DNA from: Camelus dromedarius
Lineage: Eukaryota
DNA length: 60,000 nt
Direction of reading: 5' to 3'
NCBI RefSeq assembly: GCF_036321535.1
Contig: NC_087437.1
Coordinates: 77,254,001 to 77,314,000 of the forward strand
Shown here: positions 24,035 through 36,400 of the stretch, in pieces
How positions within the stretch are numbered: the stretch's first letter is position 1
How the letters are laid out: each line of letters starts with the position of its first letter
Made by a program: the position numbers and the translations under genes
Notes under the pieces: model-generated
What the model was told of the DNA's origin: nothing
Seen by the model: the letters and a program-made list of their open reading frames with translations, nothing else
The model's database searches: none

Positions 24035-27000
24035 TCCATACAAATTTTAGGATTATTTGTTCTAGTGCTGTGAAAAATGTCCTGGGTAATTTGATATGGA
24101 TTGCATTAAATCTGTAGATTCCTTTGGATAGTATGGCCATTTGAACAATATTGATTCCTCCAATCCAAGAGCATGGGATATCTTTCCATTTCTTCAGGTC
24201 ATCTTTAATTTCCTTAATTAGTGTTTTGTAGTTCTCTGCATATAAATCTTTCACTTCCTTGGTCAGGTTTATTCCTAAGTATTTTATTTTTTTTGGATGC
24301 AATTTGAAAAGTGATTGTTTCTTTATTCCATTTTTCTGACATTTCATTGTTAGTGTAAAGAAATGCCATTGATTTCTATATGTTAATCTTGTATTCTGCT
24401 ACCTTGCCAAATTCTTTTATCAACTCTAGTAGTTTTTGTGTGGAGCTTTTAGGGTTTTCTATATACAGTATCAAGTCATCCGCATAAAGTGACAATTTTA
24501 CTTCTTCCCTTCCAATTTGGATCTCTTTTATTTATTTTTCTTATCTGATTGCTATGACTAGGACTTTGAATACTATGCTGAATAGAAGTAGTGAAAGTGG
24601 GCATGCTTGTCTTGTTCCAGATTTTAGTGGAGAGCCTTTCAGTTTTTCACTGTTGAGTATTATGCTGGCTGTGGGTTTGTCATAAATAGCTTTTATTATG
24701 TTGAAATATGTTCCCTCTGTACCCACTTTGGTAAGGGTTTTTATCATAAATAGGTGTTGAATTGTATCAGATGCTTTTCCTGCATCTTTTGAGATGATCA
24801 TATGATTTTTGTCCTTTTTTTGTCGATGTAGTGTATCACACTGGTTGATTTGCATATGTTGAACCATCCTTGTGTCCCTGAGGTGAATCCAACTTGATTA
24901 TAGTGTATGACCTTTTTTATGTGTTGTTGGATTCTGTTTGCTAATATTTTGTTGAGGATTTTTTCATCTATGTTCATCAATGATATTGGTCTGTAATTTT
25001 CTTTTTTGGTAATGTCTGTTGGGTTTTGGTATCAGGGTGATGGTGGCTTCATAGATGGTGGATTCGTGGTGTGCCTGGCCAGAGGTTTTGTCAATTTTGT
25101 TTACTCTTTCAAAAACCAGCTCTTAGCCTGATTGATTTTTTTTCTATTTTTTAATCTCTATTTTATTTATTTCTTCCCTGATCTTTATTATTTCTTTCCT
25201 TCTGCTGACTTTCAGTTTTGTTTGCTCTTCTTTTTCTAATTCTTTTAGGTGATAGGTTAGGTTGTTTATTAGAGATTGTTCTTGTTTTTTGAGAAAGGCC
25301 TGTATCACTGTGAACTTCCCTCTGAGGACTGCTTTTGCTGGATCCCTAGATTTTGTGTGGTTATGTTTTCATTGTTGTTTGTCTCAAAGTATTTTTTAAT
25401 TTCTTCTTTGATTTCCTTGTTGACCCATTGGTTTTTTAGTACCAATGTTTAGTCTCCATGCAGTCTTTTTTTTTTTTTTTTTCTCATTTTGTTCTGTGGT
25501 TTATTTCTAGTTTCATGCCATTGTGATCTGAAAAGATACTTGAAACACTTTCTGTCCTCTTAAATTTGTTGAGACTTCTTTTGTGCCCGATGTGGTCTAT
25601 CCTAGAGAATGTTCCATGAACACTTCAAAAGAATGCATATTCTGTTTTGAGGGGGATGTAATGTCCTAAAAATATCAACCAAGTCCAACTGTTCTATTAT
25701 GTCATTTAGTATCTCCGTTGCCTTATTAATTTTCTGTCTGAAAGAGCTGTCCAATGATGTTAGTGGGGTGTTAAAGTCTCTTACTATGATTGTCAATTTC
25801 TCTCTTTATGTCTGTTAGTATTTGTTTTATAGATTTAGGTGCTCCTATATTGGGTGCATATATGTTAATGATTATAATATCCTCTTGTATTTCTCCTTTA
25901 ATCATTGTATAGTGTCCTTTATTTTTCTTTATGATCTTTGTTTTAAAGTCTATTTTGTATGATATGGGTATTGCTCCTCTCACTTTCTTGTCATTTCCAT
26001 TTGTATAAAATATCTTTTTCCATCCTCTCACTTTCAGTCTATGTGTGTCCTTCACCCTAAAGTGGGTCTCTTATAGACAGTATATTGTAGGCTCCTATTT
26101 TATTATCCAGTCTGCCACTCTTTGCATTTTGATTGGAGCATTTAGTTCCATTGACGTTTACAGTAATTATTGAAAGATGTGTGTTTATTGCCATTTTGAA
26201 CTTTGTTTTCCAGTTGATTTGTTAGTTCTTCTTTGTTCCTTCTCTTTTCTTTTTGTTTTTCTTTTTGTGTTTTGATAATTTTCTTTTGTATTAGCTTGTT
26301 TTCTTTTTGGATTTTGTGATTCTGTTGTATGCTTTTGATTTGTGGTTACCCTGTTTTTCAACTGTGTTAACCCATTACTATATCTGTTTGCTTTAGACTG
26401 GTAGTCATATGGGCTCAAACATATCCTGAGAAGAAGAACAACAAAAATCTATATTTTCTTTTTCCCTTTCCCACCTTTTATGGTTTTGATTATCCTCTTT
26501 TACACCTTCATGTTTATTCTCTTGCAACTCATTGTAGTTATTGCATTTCCAATTATGGTTTTCTGTTTTCTATAGCTTCCTGCTTCTTTTCTATTTAGAG
26601 TAGGCCTTTCTTTTAGGATAGGTTTAGTATTCCTCAATTCTTTTAGTTTTTGCTTGTCTGTGAAATTCTTTCTCTCTCCTTCTATACTAAAGAATAGTCT
26701 TGCTGGATAGACTATCCTAGGTTACCAATTTTTCTCATTCAGGACTTTGAACATATCTTGGCACTCCCTTTTGGCCAGCAATGTTTGTGTAGAGAAATAA
26801 GGTGATAGCCTTATAGGGGTTCTCGTGTAACTAACTCTTTGTTTTTCTCTTGCTGCCTTTAGAATGTTTTCTTTATCTTTAACTCTGCCCATCTTGATTA
26901 TAATATGTCCTGGTGGAGGTCTATTTGGGTTCTTCTTGTTTGGGACCCTCTGTGTTTCCTGTACTTGGATATCTGTTTCCATCTTTAAGTTTGGGAAGTT

Positions 27001-28564
27001 TACAGTCATGATTTCTTCAAATATCTTTTCAATCCCTTTTGCTCTTTCTTCTCCTGGGACCAATATTATGTGTAGATTGGCATGCTTTATATTATCACAT
27101 AGGTCCCTTATATTGCTTTCATTAGTTTTCACTTGCTTTTCTGTGTGCTGTTCTGATTGGGTGATTTCTGTTATCCTCTCTTCTAAGTCACTTTTTCATT
27201 CCTCTGCATTATCTAGTCTGCTTTTGACTGGCTTTAGCTTGGCTCTTATCTGAGCCATTGAGTTTTCTGATTTTAATTGGCTCTTCTTTATGGTTTTTAT
27301 TTCCTTTTTATATTATTCTGCATTTTTATTCGTAATCTTTCTTATTTCCTTTGGTGCTTTTATCACCCCCTTTATGAAGTCATGATCTAGTAGACTATTA
27401 AGATCTATTTCATTGTTCATTCTTTCAGGTGACTTCTATTGTTCTTTTAATTGGGAGTAGTTCCTCTCCTTCTTCATTTTACTCATATTTCTCTTGACTT
27501 TAAGGATTTAGGAGTATCAGTTATCTACTGTGGTCTTGAAGTGCTGTTTTGTTTCTTTTTTTTAAGTGTGAGCATTCCTGTGTAGACTGTGTGCATCTAG
27601 TAATTTTGTCACAGTGGCTGTTTTTAGTATGGATAGTTGCCACATCTTACTCCTGTGTATGTTGACTGTTACCCATTCACTGGGGGTGTGGCCAGTGTTG
27701 TGGTGATCAGAGCCTGCCCTGGTTGTTGAGCAGGGCCTCCTTTCTGGTCTGTGATTGTCACAGCCTGGACAGTGGCTGGGTTTGCTCCCTTGTTGTTGGG
27801 ATAGAGGCTTCCAGACCTGTTTCTGAGCTGCAGTGTGTGGCAGGCAGGGTTGGAGTGCTTCACCTGGGAAGAAGAGTCGCTGAGTACACCCCCCCCCAGT
27901 AGATGTCTACCAGGAAGTGCCCTCTGGTGTTGTCTGTCACTTGTTATGCTGGCTTACAAAGTACTCTTTGTTGATGCTGGCCTTGTCTCCACCTCAGCTG
28001 TGGGAAATGTTGGCAAGCCGCTCTGGTATCCTACAGGTTCTACACCTGCAGAGCCACCAGTTCATACCACCTGTCAGGCACCAGTACCCATCAGAGTTGG
28101 CCCCAGCCCTCTCCCCAAGCTCATCAGAGAGCTCCAGCAGCCAGTCCTAGCCCACCCCCACCAGCTTGTGTCTAGGGCTTGGGATCACAGGAACCCTCTG
28201 TGCTGGCTTCTCTTAATTCTGTCTACCAAGCAGTTGCTGCTTTCACCTGTAAGCCTAGTAAGCTCCCCTATGTCCCCACTGACCTCCCCACTGGAGAGGG
28301 GGCATCCCAGCGTGAGGGTGCTTTTCCTCATTTGTCACTCCCTCCCCCTTAGACAGGGCCCACACCAATTTCCTTTTTTTCTTTTTTTTTCTCTTCTACC
28401 AGTTTTTGTAAGGAATCTTCTTGTATTTTGAGGTAAGAGAATATTCTGCCAAAATTCAGTAGGTGTTCTGTGCAACTTGATGGGTCTGTAGATATAATTT
28501 TCATTGTATTCATTGGAGGCAGTGAGCTATGTGTCCTTCTACTTTGCCATCTTGGCACCACCCC
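24031..28564 (-). mobile_element. 5'-intact, 3'-truncated L1: 5'UTR about 28564-27487, ORF1 about 27486-26600, ORF2 from 26194 (EN and RT domains) to 24031; degraded
   Basis: Minus-strand ORFs give L1 ORF1 (26722-27132), EN (25602-26055) and RT (24541-24980; 23922-24347 with [16 protein letters not shown] and KWKDIPCSW). The 5' end reads GGGGTGGTGCCAAGATGGC. No 3'UTR or poly(A). Confidence 0.95.
28546..28555 (-). promoter_or_regulatory. YY1-type motif at the L1 5' end
   Basis: CCAAGATGGC about 10 nt from the L1 5' terminus, the canonical position for the L1 YY1 site. Confidence 0.65.
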
Positions 28565-28599
28565 TGAAGGACCAATTTCTTTACCGGACAAACCAGGTT

Positions 28600-28805
28600 T
28601 TTGGTAGCAGGAAAAGAGGACATGGTTAACCAAATGACAGTTTTTAAAGCTTTTGCTTGAAGATAGTACAAATCACTTCTATTCACAGTTCACTGGCTAG
28701 AGAAAATCATGTGGTCAAGGCTGGCATCAAAAGGATATGGATGTACATTTCTCTACCAAGAGGAAGGAGAAACAAATAATTAGAAACCAGCACAATTGAT
28801 CACAA
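28600..28805 (-). mobile_element. Old MaLR (MLT1) LTR fragment
   Basis: CACTTCTATTCACAGTTCACTGGCTAGAGAAAATCATGTGGTCAAG resembles reverse MLT1J/K. Confidence 0.5.
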
Positions 28806-30779
28806 TGGGTAGACATTTTATGAATTTTATAGATGCCAAATTGTTTCCTCTAAATATATTACACATTTAAACTCATGAAAAATATATGAGTGTCTCTGCC
28901 GTTCCCTCACTGATATGTTGTGATATCAGACTCTGATTTTGGTCATCTGAAAGGTGAGATTTATTTTGAAGTAAGCTTAATTTAAATTTTTCTTATTCTA
29001 GATATAAAGTTCAGTCTATATTCATATTCATACTTAAGTATGTCTTAGCACAGAAGTACTTGAGTGCCTAATTTCTTCTTTTATTTGGACACTATATGTC
29101 TGTTAATTCAGCCTATAATCAGTAATTTTCTGTTATCAAGTCAGCTTGTGCACCTTTAGGATCCAGATTTTTTGCAACATAATGACAGCTGATTAAGTCT
29201 GTCCCTTACAGATGACAAGTTATGTCTCCACCATTTTGTATTTTTATAACAGATTTTAAAAAATAAAACAAAAATGTAGTACTTTTTATATATTTCTTTT
29301 GAGTATCATCTTCTATTTAGTTCAATATTCAAACCTGCTCTGATCCTTTTTTGCATATTTTTAAATAATTTTTCTTGTTTTAAAATAATACATATAGAAA
29401 ATATTGAAAATACAGGCAAGGAAATAAAAAATAACCCACATACCTATTATTCTTAGACAGTCATTTATTCTGAGTATTAATTCTGTCACCTCGGATCACC
29501 TGGAATAGAGCCATCTGGGAATTTGATGAATAAGCTTTCCAAGCCTCTATTTCTATCACCAAAATAATTAATAGTACCAGACAGATTTCCAGCTTTCCTT
29601 CCTGGCCTCTTCTCACTTGGCAATTATCAAGCAAATGCATAGTGATTAAAATCCAATACATGCTTCCTACAGTTTTCATTCTATACTAGGGTGTCTCTTT
29701 CCTTGAGTTTTTGGAGAGTGATTAAAAGCTGCAAATATGGGCTTGAAGTGACCAAAAAAAAAAAAAAAAAGGTGGGGAAGATTGATTTATTTGGGCTGCC
29801 TCTGAGGCAAAACATTTTCTGTAGAGGCAAAGGAGAAAACCAAATAGCCATCCACTATATAAAATCAAGTTCCCCAGACAGAAAAGATCATTTACTAATA
29901 CAAAGTCTAAACGGTCCAGAGATGAGAATTAAGTTTGGCAGTGGAGAATTCTTGCATTTAGAGCCTTGTCAAGGAAAGATCGAACCAACTATTGTTTAGG
30001 GAAAGGGAAAGTTCAAAATGTGGTCAATTGATGTGAATATTTAACTTGCTCTTATAGTCCAGGGAGGAGGTATCTGGGGCACACAGGATGTGTGGATGTT
30101 TTAAAAATTCATTGTATCAGACTCATTTGACAGCCTCCTGAGTCTTCTAGTTCTTAGATCTAACACATGTTTCACACAGAGATTTATGTTTTTGGTTCCA
30201 AATGTAAAATTGAAAAATAAAACTGTGGTGTTCTGGAATGGGACCTGGAAAAGTTGCTGGTTGCCCATTAATTCATATCTAATAATATTTACTAACTTTG
30301 GTGAAGCTCAAGAAACTCCAGTAGCAGAAACTTCAACAATTATATCCTGGTGCCTGAATATCAATGTCTGATACTCAGAATCCAGAGACTTTTACATAGG
30401 GAAGATCATGCAGTTAAGTCTAAAAAAGAGAGAGATGACTAAAGGATTCCCTGAAGCTAGTCATTTTTTTTTTTTTTTTTGCCTGCCATGTTGAACTTCC
30501 TCTCTTTATTAATTTCTCAGTTGCAAATTCTGTGAATAAGTGGTTCAGGTTAAATGCAACCTAGCCATGCAATTTGTTTTCTGTCGTGACATATGACATT
30601 GAAAGCTATTTTTTTGGTATTTATTTCTAGGCTAGCTGTCTTATAATTTTGACAAATGCCCTCTGCCTGTTCTTACAAGTACAAAACCATGTGGCAGTTT
30701 TTCTGAGACTCCCTATTTGTATCATCTTCACAGTTCAGAGGATTATGGGGACAGATGATTGACAGAAGAGAAATAGAGT

Positions 30780-30980
30780 ATATAAAGTGTTTATTTCACA
30801 AAACATAACCATTGATGAGGTCCTGAACTAGGGCTGTGAATGGGGACAGAAAAGAAGACATCTAGGACTTGAAAAAAAGAAAAACTGACAAGATTTGGGA
30901 ATTGATTGACTTTGAGGGATGGGGGGAAGATGAAAGGAAAGGGAGGAGTCAAGGATGATTAAGGTTTTGAGTAAGGTTAA
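30780..30980 (-). mobile_element. L2 fragment
   Basis: GATGAGGTCCTGAACTAGGGC...GGGAGGAGTCAAGGATGA..AAGGTTTTGAG is a typical reverse L2 segment. Confidence 0.6.
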
Positions 30981-31269
30981 AAGACTTGAAATAATAATTG
31001 CTTGTTATTTTCTGAAACCAGTGAGAACTCTGAAAAATAAGTAAAATGTTTTGATAAACATTATCATCATGACATGAAAACCATATACCTGAGCAAACTG
31101 GATTTCTAAATTAGCATGCTGGTCTTATTGAAAATAATGTGAAAAGAAATCCAAGTGTAACTTCTAATAAAAATATCTTGTATTTGCTGTATGGCTATGC
31201 TGACAACTGGAGGAAATTACCCATCTGATTTTCCCTATACGCTTTTAAACAAAGAACCATACCATAATA

Positions 31270-31576
31270 AAGTGGTGGCAAACAGTCTGTTCTGCAAATC
31301 TGGCCCACCCCCTGCTCATTTTGAATAGTTTGTGAGCTATATTGAAGTGTTGAAGACATCAAAGGAAGAATAATATTTTATGACATGAAAATTATATAAA
31401 CTTTGCGTTTTAGTGTTTATAATTAAAGTTTTATTGGTACACAGCCATGTCCTTTTCATGGCTGCCTGCATTTATAATGCCAGAGTTTGGTAGCTTTAAC
31501 AGACAACATATGACCTACAAAGTCTAAAATATTTGTTATTTGACCCTTTAAGGAAGACATTTGCCTACACCCTGCC
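31270..31576. mobile_element. hAT-Charlie MER58B-like
   Basis: GGTGGCAAAC..CAAATCTGGCCCAC, AAAGTTTTATTGGTACACAGCCA, ACAAAGTCTAAAATATTT..TGACCCTTTA..TTTGCC.ACACCCTG. Confidence 0.8.
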
Positions 31577-32619
31577 TGATGTACAAGCTATATATATCTA
31601 GAGATGAGTTAGGAAAGAATAATAATGCAGTTTGAAAGCACAACTAGAAAAAATAGTAGTTTAATTTTAGCAATATTTTCAATTCACCCATTCACTCAGT
31701 AAATATTTGTGGAGCACCTGCTATCTGTCAGTCACTATCCAAAATGCTACAGATGTACATTAATTTAAACATTAACTTAGACACAGATTTAAACATTAGT
31801 CCACTTCTTCCTAATGAAGCAGTCAGAAAATGAGTCCTCCTTTTGATTATTCCTGTCAAGAAGATGGCAAGGAAATAGACTGCAGGTAGAATAGAAGGCT
31901 TATTCTTAAGACTCAAATATATCTTCCCAGAATTAGAGTCTTGGCAAAACAAGAGGAAAGACATGTAGTGAATAAAGTAAATGTTTATATAGTTTCGAAT
32001 TTGTACTTGTTAATAACAGGTAGAAGTTTTCCTGTTCCTAGTACTTTTCTAGTGTTTATTTGGTTTTTATTTCTAATCCTTTTAAACAATTCAGTGGGGT
32101 ATCATCCTCATTTTATATATGAGGAAACTGACATTGGGAATAAAGTGACATGTTTTTCAAAATAGTGTACTATGAATATAATTGGTATGTTCTAGCATTG
32201 AATATAATTCCTTTCATTGTTTAAGTAAAAATATTAAATCTAACCCAGAAGTATATATGGGTAATGTAGATTTGGTTGGCATTGGGGAAGCATATCATAC
32301 AGACTTAAATATTTTTTAAACATCTCTTTTCCCTAAAGATTCTCAGAAGTTCTCACTTTTTAAAAACATTTTGCCAATACATAGGAAGCCACTGATGGGC
32401 CTGTTTATCAATTTCTTACCATAGACTATTTTATATATCAATTACAGATGTATGTGTATGTGGGTTTCTTATACCAAAATGTTACAGATTTTATATTCTG
32501 TTTTATAGAACCTGAAGGTTCAGCAGTAGTAATTTAAGAAGCTTTACAAATATTATACATAATTAAATATATATATTATAGTTATATATATCATTATATG
32601 GAAATAAAAATATAATGCT

Positions 32620-35070
32620 CAAACTTCCAATTAAACAGGATGGACTGTCCATATATATATTAACTTCTATTCTTTCCAAAAATAGAAAATATCAAAGTAA
32701 AGAAGTTCTAAAACATAAACTCAAAAAGATGAAAAGGATAAAATAAAGCAGATTAGGAACAGCTTTCTGCAATGTGGAATATGCAAAAATAAATAACAAT
32801 TAACTTAGAAGCCCAGATATGCTGAAGCCCAATCAAGTAGTGGGGAAAGGCGAAACAACCTAATTGTATGTCAGAAATCCTAAAAGGCTGAGACGTGACC
32901 ACAGCATACCTATCTGAAGGTGAGGGTAAAGGTGGGGCTAAAACAAATGAGGATTTGATCAGTTTTCTGTGTGAGAAACAGAAGTGCAGATCCCACCTAG
33001 TGCCTCAGTGAAAGACTGGAAGCTTATTCTCTGGTGACAGCAAAATGAAAATTCCTGATTGCCTCAGGAGGCAAAGTAGTAGAAAGGGTACTATTCCCAA
33101 AACAGGCACAGCCTGGAGTATATATGCAACATGGAACCTGACCTTACATCTTTCCCCATTCAGTTTCTAGGAGACTGACAGCCTGACTTAGGCAGAACTG
33201 TTCTTCTCTAAGTAATGACCAGAGCTACAGAAAAACACTATTATTCGGAGTTTTCCAACAAAAGGTTACAACCGAATCACTACAGTGAAGCCTAAATTCA
33301 ACAAACCTGTAGCTCGTAAAGAATTTTTTGTAACCCACTTAAATGAATAGACAACAGAGGATCAGTAGACACTTCATTCAAGCATGTAACTTGAATGATA
33401 GAATCAAAGTGTACAAATATACAAACAGGAAAAAAAAGCACTAAGAGGAAATATATTATGTAAGGACAGGAAAAGTTCAAATATATATGTGCTAATAATC
33501 GTAGAAAAATAAAAACACATTGCACTCATGAAACAAAAATTTATATACACATATAAATGCATTGCATATATATACATATATGTGTTTCTTGTACATATCT
33601 TGCATATATTTAAAATGTGAATATATTTATATATAATAATTTATACATAAAATGTGTTTGTTCAGACATAAGAAAACAATTAAAAATAAAATACGATAGT
33701 AAAAAAGAAAATCTCAGTGCAACAGTTAGAAAATAAAATCAAGGTAGTCTCCCAGAGAGTAGAGCAAAACAACAAAAAAATGAGTTTTTTAAGTGAAAAA
33801 AGATTAGAAAATGAATGAACCAGTCTAAAAGGAACAACCACTGAATGATAGAATTTCAGTGAAGAAAGAACAGAGGAATCTGAACTCAGGAAATCATTAA
33901 ATAAACAGTCAAGAAAATTTCTCTGAACTAAAAGACATGAATTTAAAGATTGGCAGTTTCTATTAAGTGCCTATTGAGTAGATACAGTGGGGTCTACTTC
34001 AGGGCACTTAAGAGTGGAAATTCAGACCTATGGATTAAATAGAAGATTCTAAAGCTTCCAGAAAGATAAAATAGGTCACAAATAAAGGATCAGAAAACAA
34101 GACGGTTTTGAACTCCTAAGAGCAGTGCTGGAAACTGAAAAATAATGAAGACATAGCTTTGGAACTCTGAAATAAAAAGATTCTGACTCTGGTTTTCTAT
34201 TCTTAGACAAACTAACAAATCAAGGGTAGGATAGACATTTTCAGATACAGGGCTCCAAACAATTTACTTCCCATGAATCCTTTCTTAGGAAACTACTGTA
34301 AGATTCCTATACTAAAATGAGGGAGTAACCAAGGGAAGGAAAACATGGAATCCAGAAAATGGGGTTTTCTTTCCTTTAAGAAAGAGGCAAAGAATATCTC
34401 TAGGATGAAGATGATGGAATAAACCAGGAATGTAGCACATCACTGGACAGCAAGGGCAAGAGAGCCGCTCAGAGGGTTCCAGGAAGATTATCTCTAAGAA
34501 AATAAAAATGATAGAATATCTGATGTAACTGGGAGATGTGGGGCATTTTTCAGTGATGAGCACATTAGAAAATAAAGCCAACAACAAAATAAAACAATTA
34601 TTAGCAACAAAGGAAACAAAAAGTTGCTTAACCAAGTACACGTAGTCATGGTTTATACATAGCTTTTCTGTGAATAGTTCTTATATAAATATAATAATGT
34701 TTCCTGAAAATTTTTAGTCAAAATCATGCAATAATTTTAGTGAGAAGATAGAGGACATGGGAAGTATCTGTGTTTATCTCTGGGGCATAGTGAGTTAAAG
34801 AGAACTAAATGCTCATTTTTCACTGGGAGAAGTCAGTAGATACTACCTAAAAGGGAGAGATCAAGAAATTGCAATATTGTTATTCTACTTACACCAGTGA
34901 AGGAAAACTAACAGCTAGCTAAAAAGCCAAAACAGCTGAAAAAAGGTTGCTTCTCAGAAAGTGGAAAGGGCAGGGAGGGTTGAGGCATTGCTGTTTTTCT
35001 TAATAAGAATTTCAGAACCACTTGACTCTCTTAAATGTATGAAAAATAACTTTGATGGTCATAAAAATTA
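32620..35070 (+). mobile_element. HAL1 / ancient L1 (ORF1-only) element, degraded
   Basis: ORF1-like AAGAAAATTTCTCTGAACTAAAAGACATGA, AAGATTCTAAAGCTTCCAGA, AGACATTTTCAGATAC, CCTTTCTTAGGAAACTACTG. Followed by an L1ME-like 3' end with no ORF2. Confidence 0.65.
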
Positions 35071-35994
35071 AATGTAAGAAAATATTTCCACTGAAATGTG
35101 ATAATTTTTAACAATTAGAAACAGATTCATTGACTTAAGCAGCCAGGGTAATTAATTGACTTTTTATAGAAATCTTATAATACAACTTCTTGTAAAATAT
35201 CTATTCAAATACAACTTATTTTAACCGGGCCATTAATTAATTACTATAATTATTATTAAATTATTAAGTTATCATCATTAAATCATGAAATTCAGGATTG
35301 CATATGTCCATTCACCTAAAATTGTGTGATTACCTGTTAATTATTTAGGTGTGTAAAATAGCACCCCCCATAGCAAATATTAAACTGATATAAAATTAAA
35401 CAAAAATCTGAATACAGTGATATAAGATGCTGCTGTCATCCATAATCTGCAGTTATAGATGTTTACATTTATTGAAATAACCTTGTTGAAATTACAGAAT
35501 TAATCACAAGATGCTAGAACTCATTTAAAAACATGAGGAAAAATGGCCTGCCCATGATCTCACATCTAGGAGATGTATAAGAAATAGCTGCTTCCCTCTC
35601 AGCAGTACTAGTGCACAGTGACTTAGCTATGCTGGACTAGACATCATAAAAGTCTGCATGATAGCTCGTTGCTAAGGCCATTGCAATGTGAATGGAAGTC
35701 TGTAGGTTAGTTTTCTGCCCCAAGCAGAACACAAGTAAGTGCTAAAGAAGATCTCAATAAATGAATGGAATTAGGCATCATTATAAAGGTCCCAGCTTAA
35801 GAAGAAGAAACTTACTTTCAGTCCTGTTCTTCCTACTCATCAAAAAGACTGTATTGATATCTTCTCCTTTTGAAGATTAATACCAGCATAATTTGGGGGG
35901 GAGCACATGTGATAAAAAAAAAAAGGTAGTTTTTACAATAAGAAATAGTGTATAGTAACGGTATTTTCTTAGTCAGATTTCTTGCAAAATGTCC

Positions 35995-36400
35995 TTTGCA
36001 CCAGTTAGGAGTTTTTGACTATAAACAACAGAAACTGATGCCAGCTAACCTCAGCAAAAGAGGGTTTAAGATACTAAGAACGCATTGTGGAGATGGGGAG
36101 ACTGCAGAACTAGACTAGAACGAGCCTGGAAGAGCCAAGAAAGCATCAGAGGACTAAGGAACCAAACTCAGGCCTGGGCTGGACAAGGGAACAGGCTAAT
36201 CAGGCCACTGCTACTGCAAAGAAGAAATTCCTATGCATTCTACTCTTTTTGCGTCACTTGCTGAAGATTCAGGGTGTGTCTCAAGACAGTTCAGTTGGCT
36301 GAGTTTTGGCCATTTGCTCTTCTCTTAGCTGACTGAAATGGTGAGAGGAAGAAACTGGCATGTCTTTAGTAGAGGACCGGCAAGCCGACTCCCCTGCTAC
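35995..36400 (-). mobile_element. Old MaLR (MLT1K/L-like) LTR
   Basis: CCAGTTAGGAGTTTTTGACTATAAACAACAGAAAC..CCAGCTAACCTCAGCAAAAG resembles a reverse MLT1 terminus. Confidence 0.5.

Noticed and set aside
23922..27132. Reverse transcriptase, endonuclease and ORF1 ORFs as a functional retroelement or novel RT system
   Set aside because: These are ordinary L1 fragments with many stops and frameshifts, an internal deletion and no 3' end.
27835..28431. Longest ORF in the window (198 aa, +)
   Set aside because: Antisense to the GC-richer L1 5'UTR, begins at a non-ATG codon, and has no recognisable domain.
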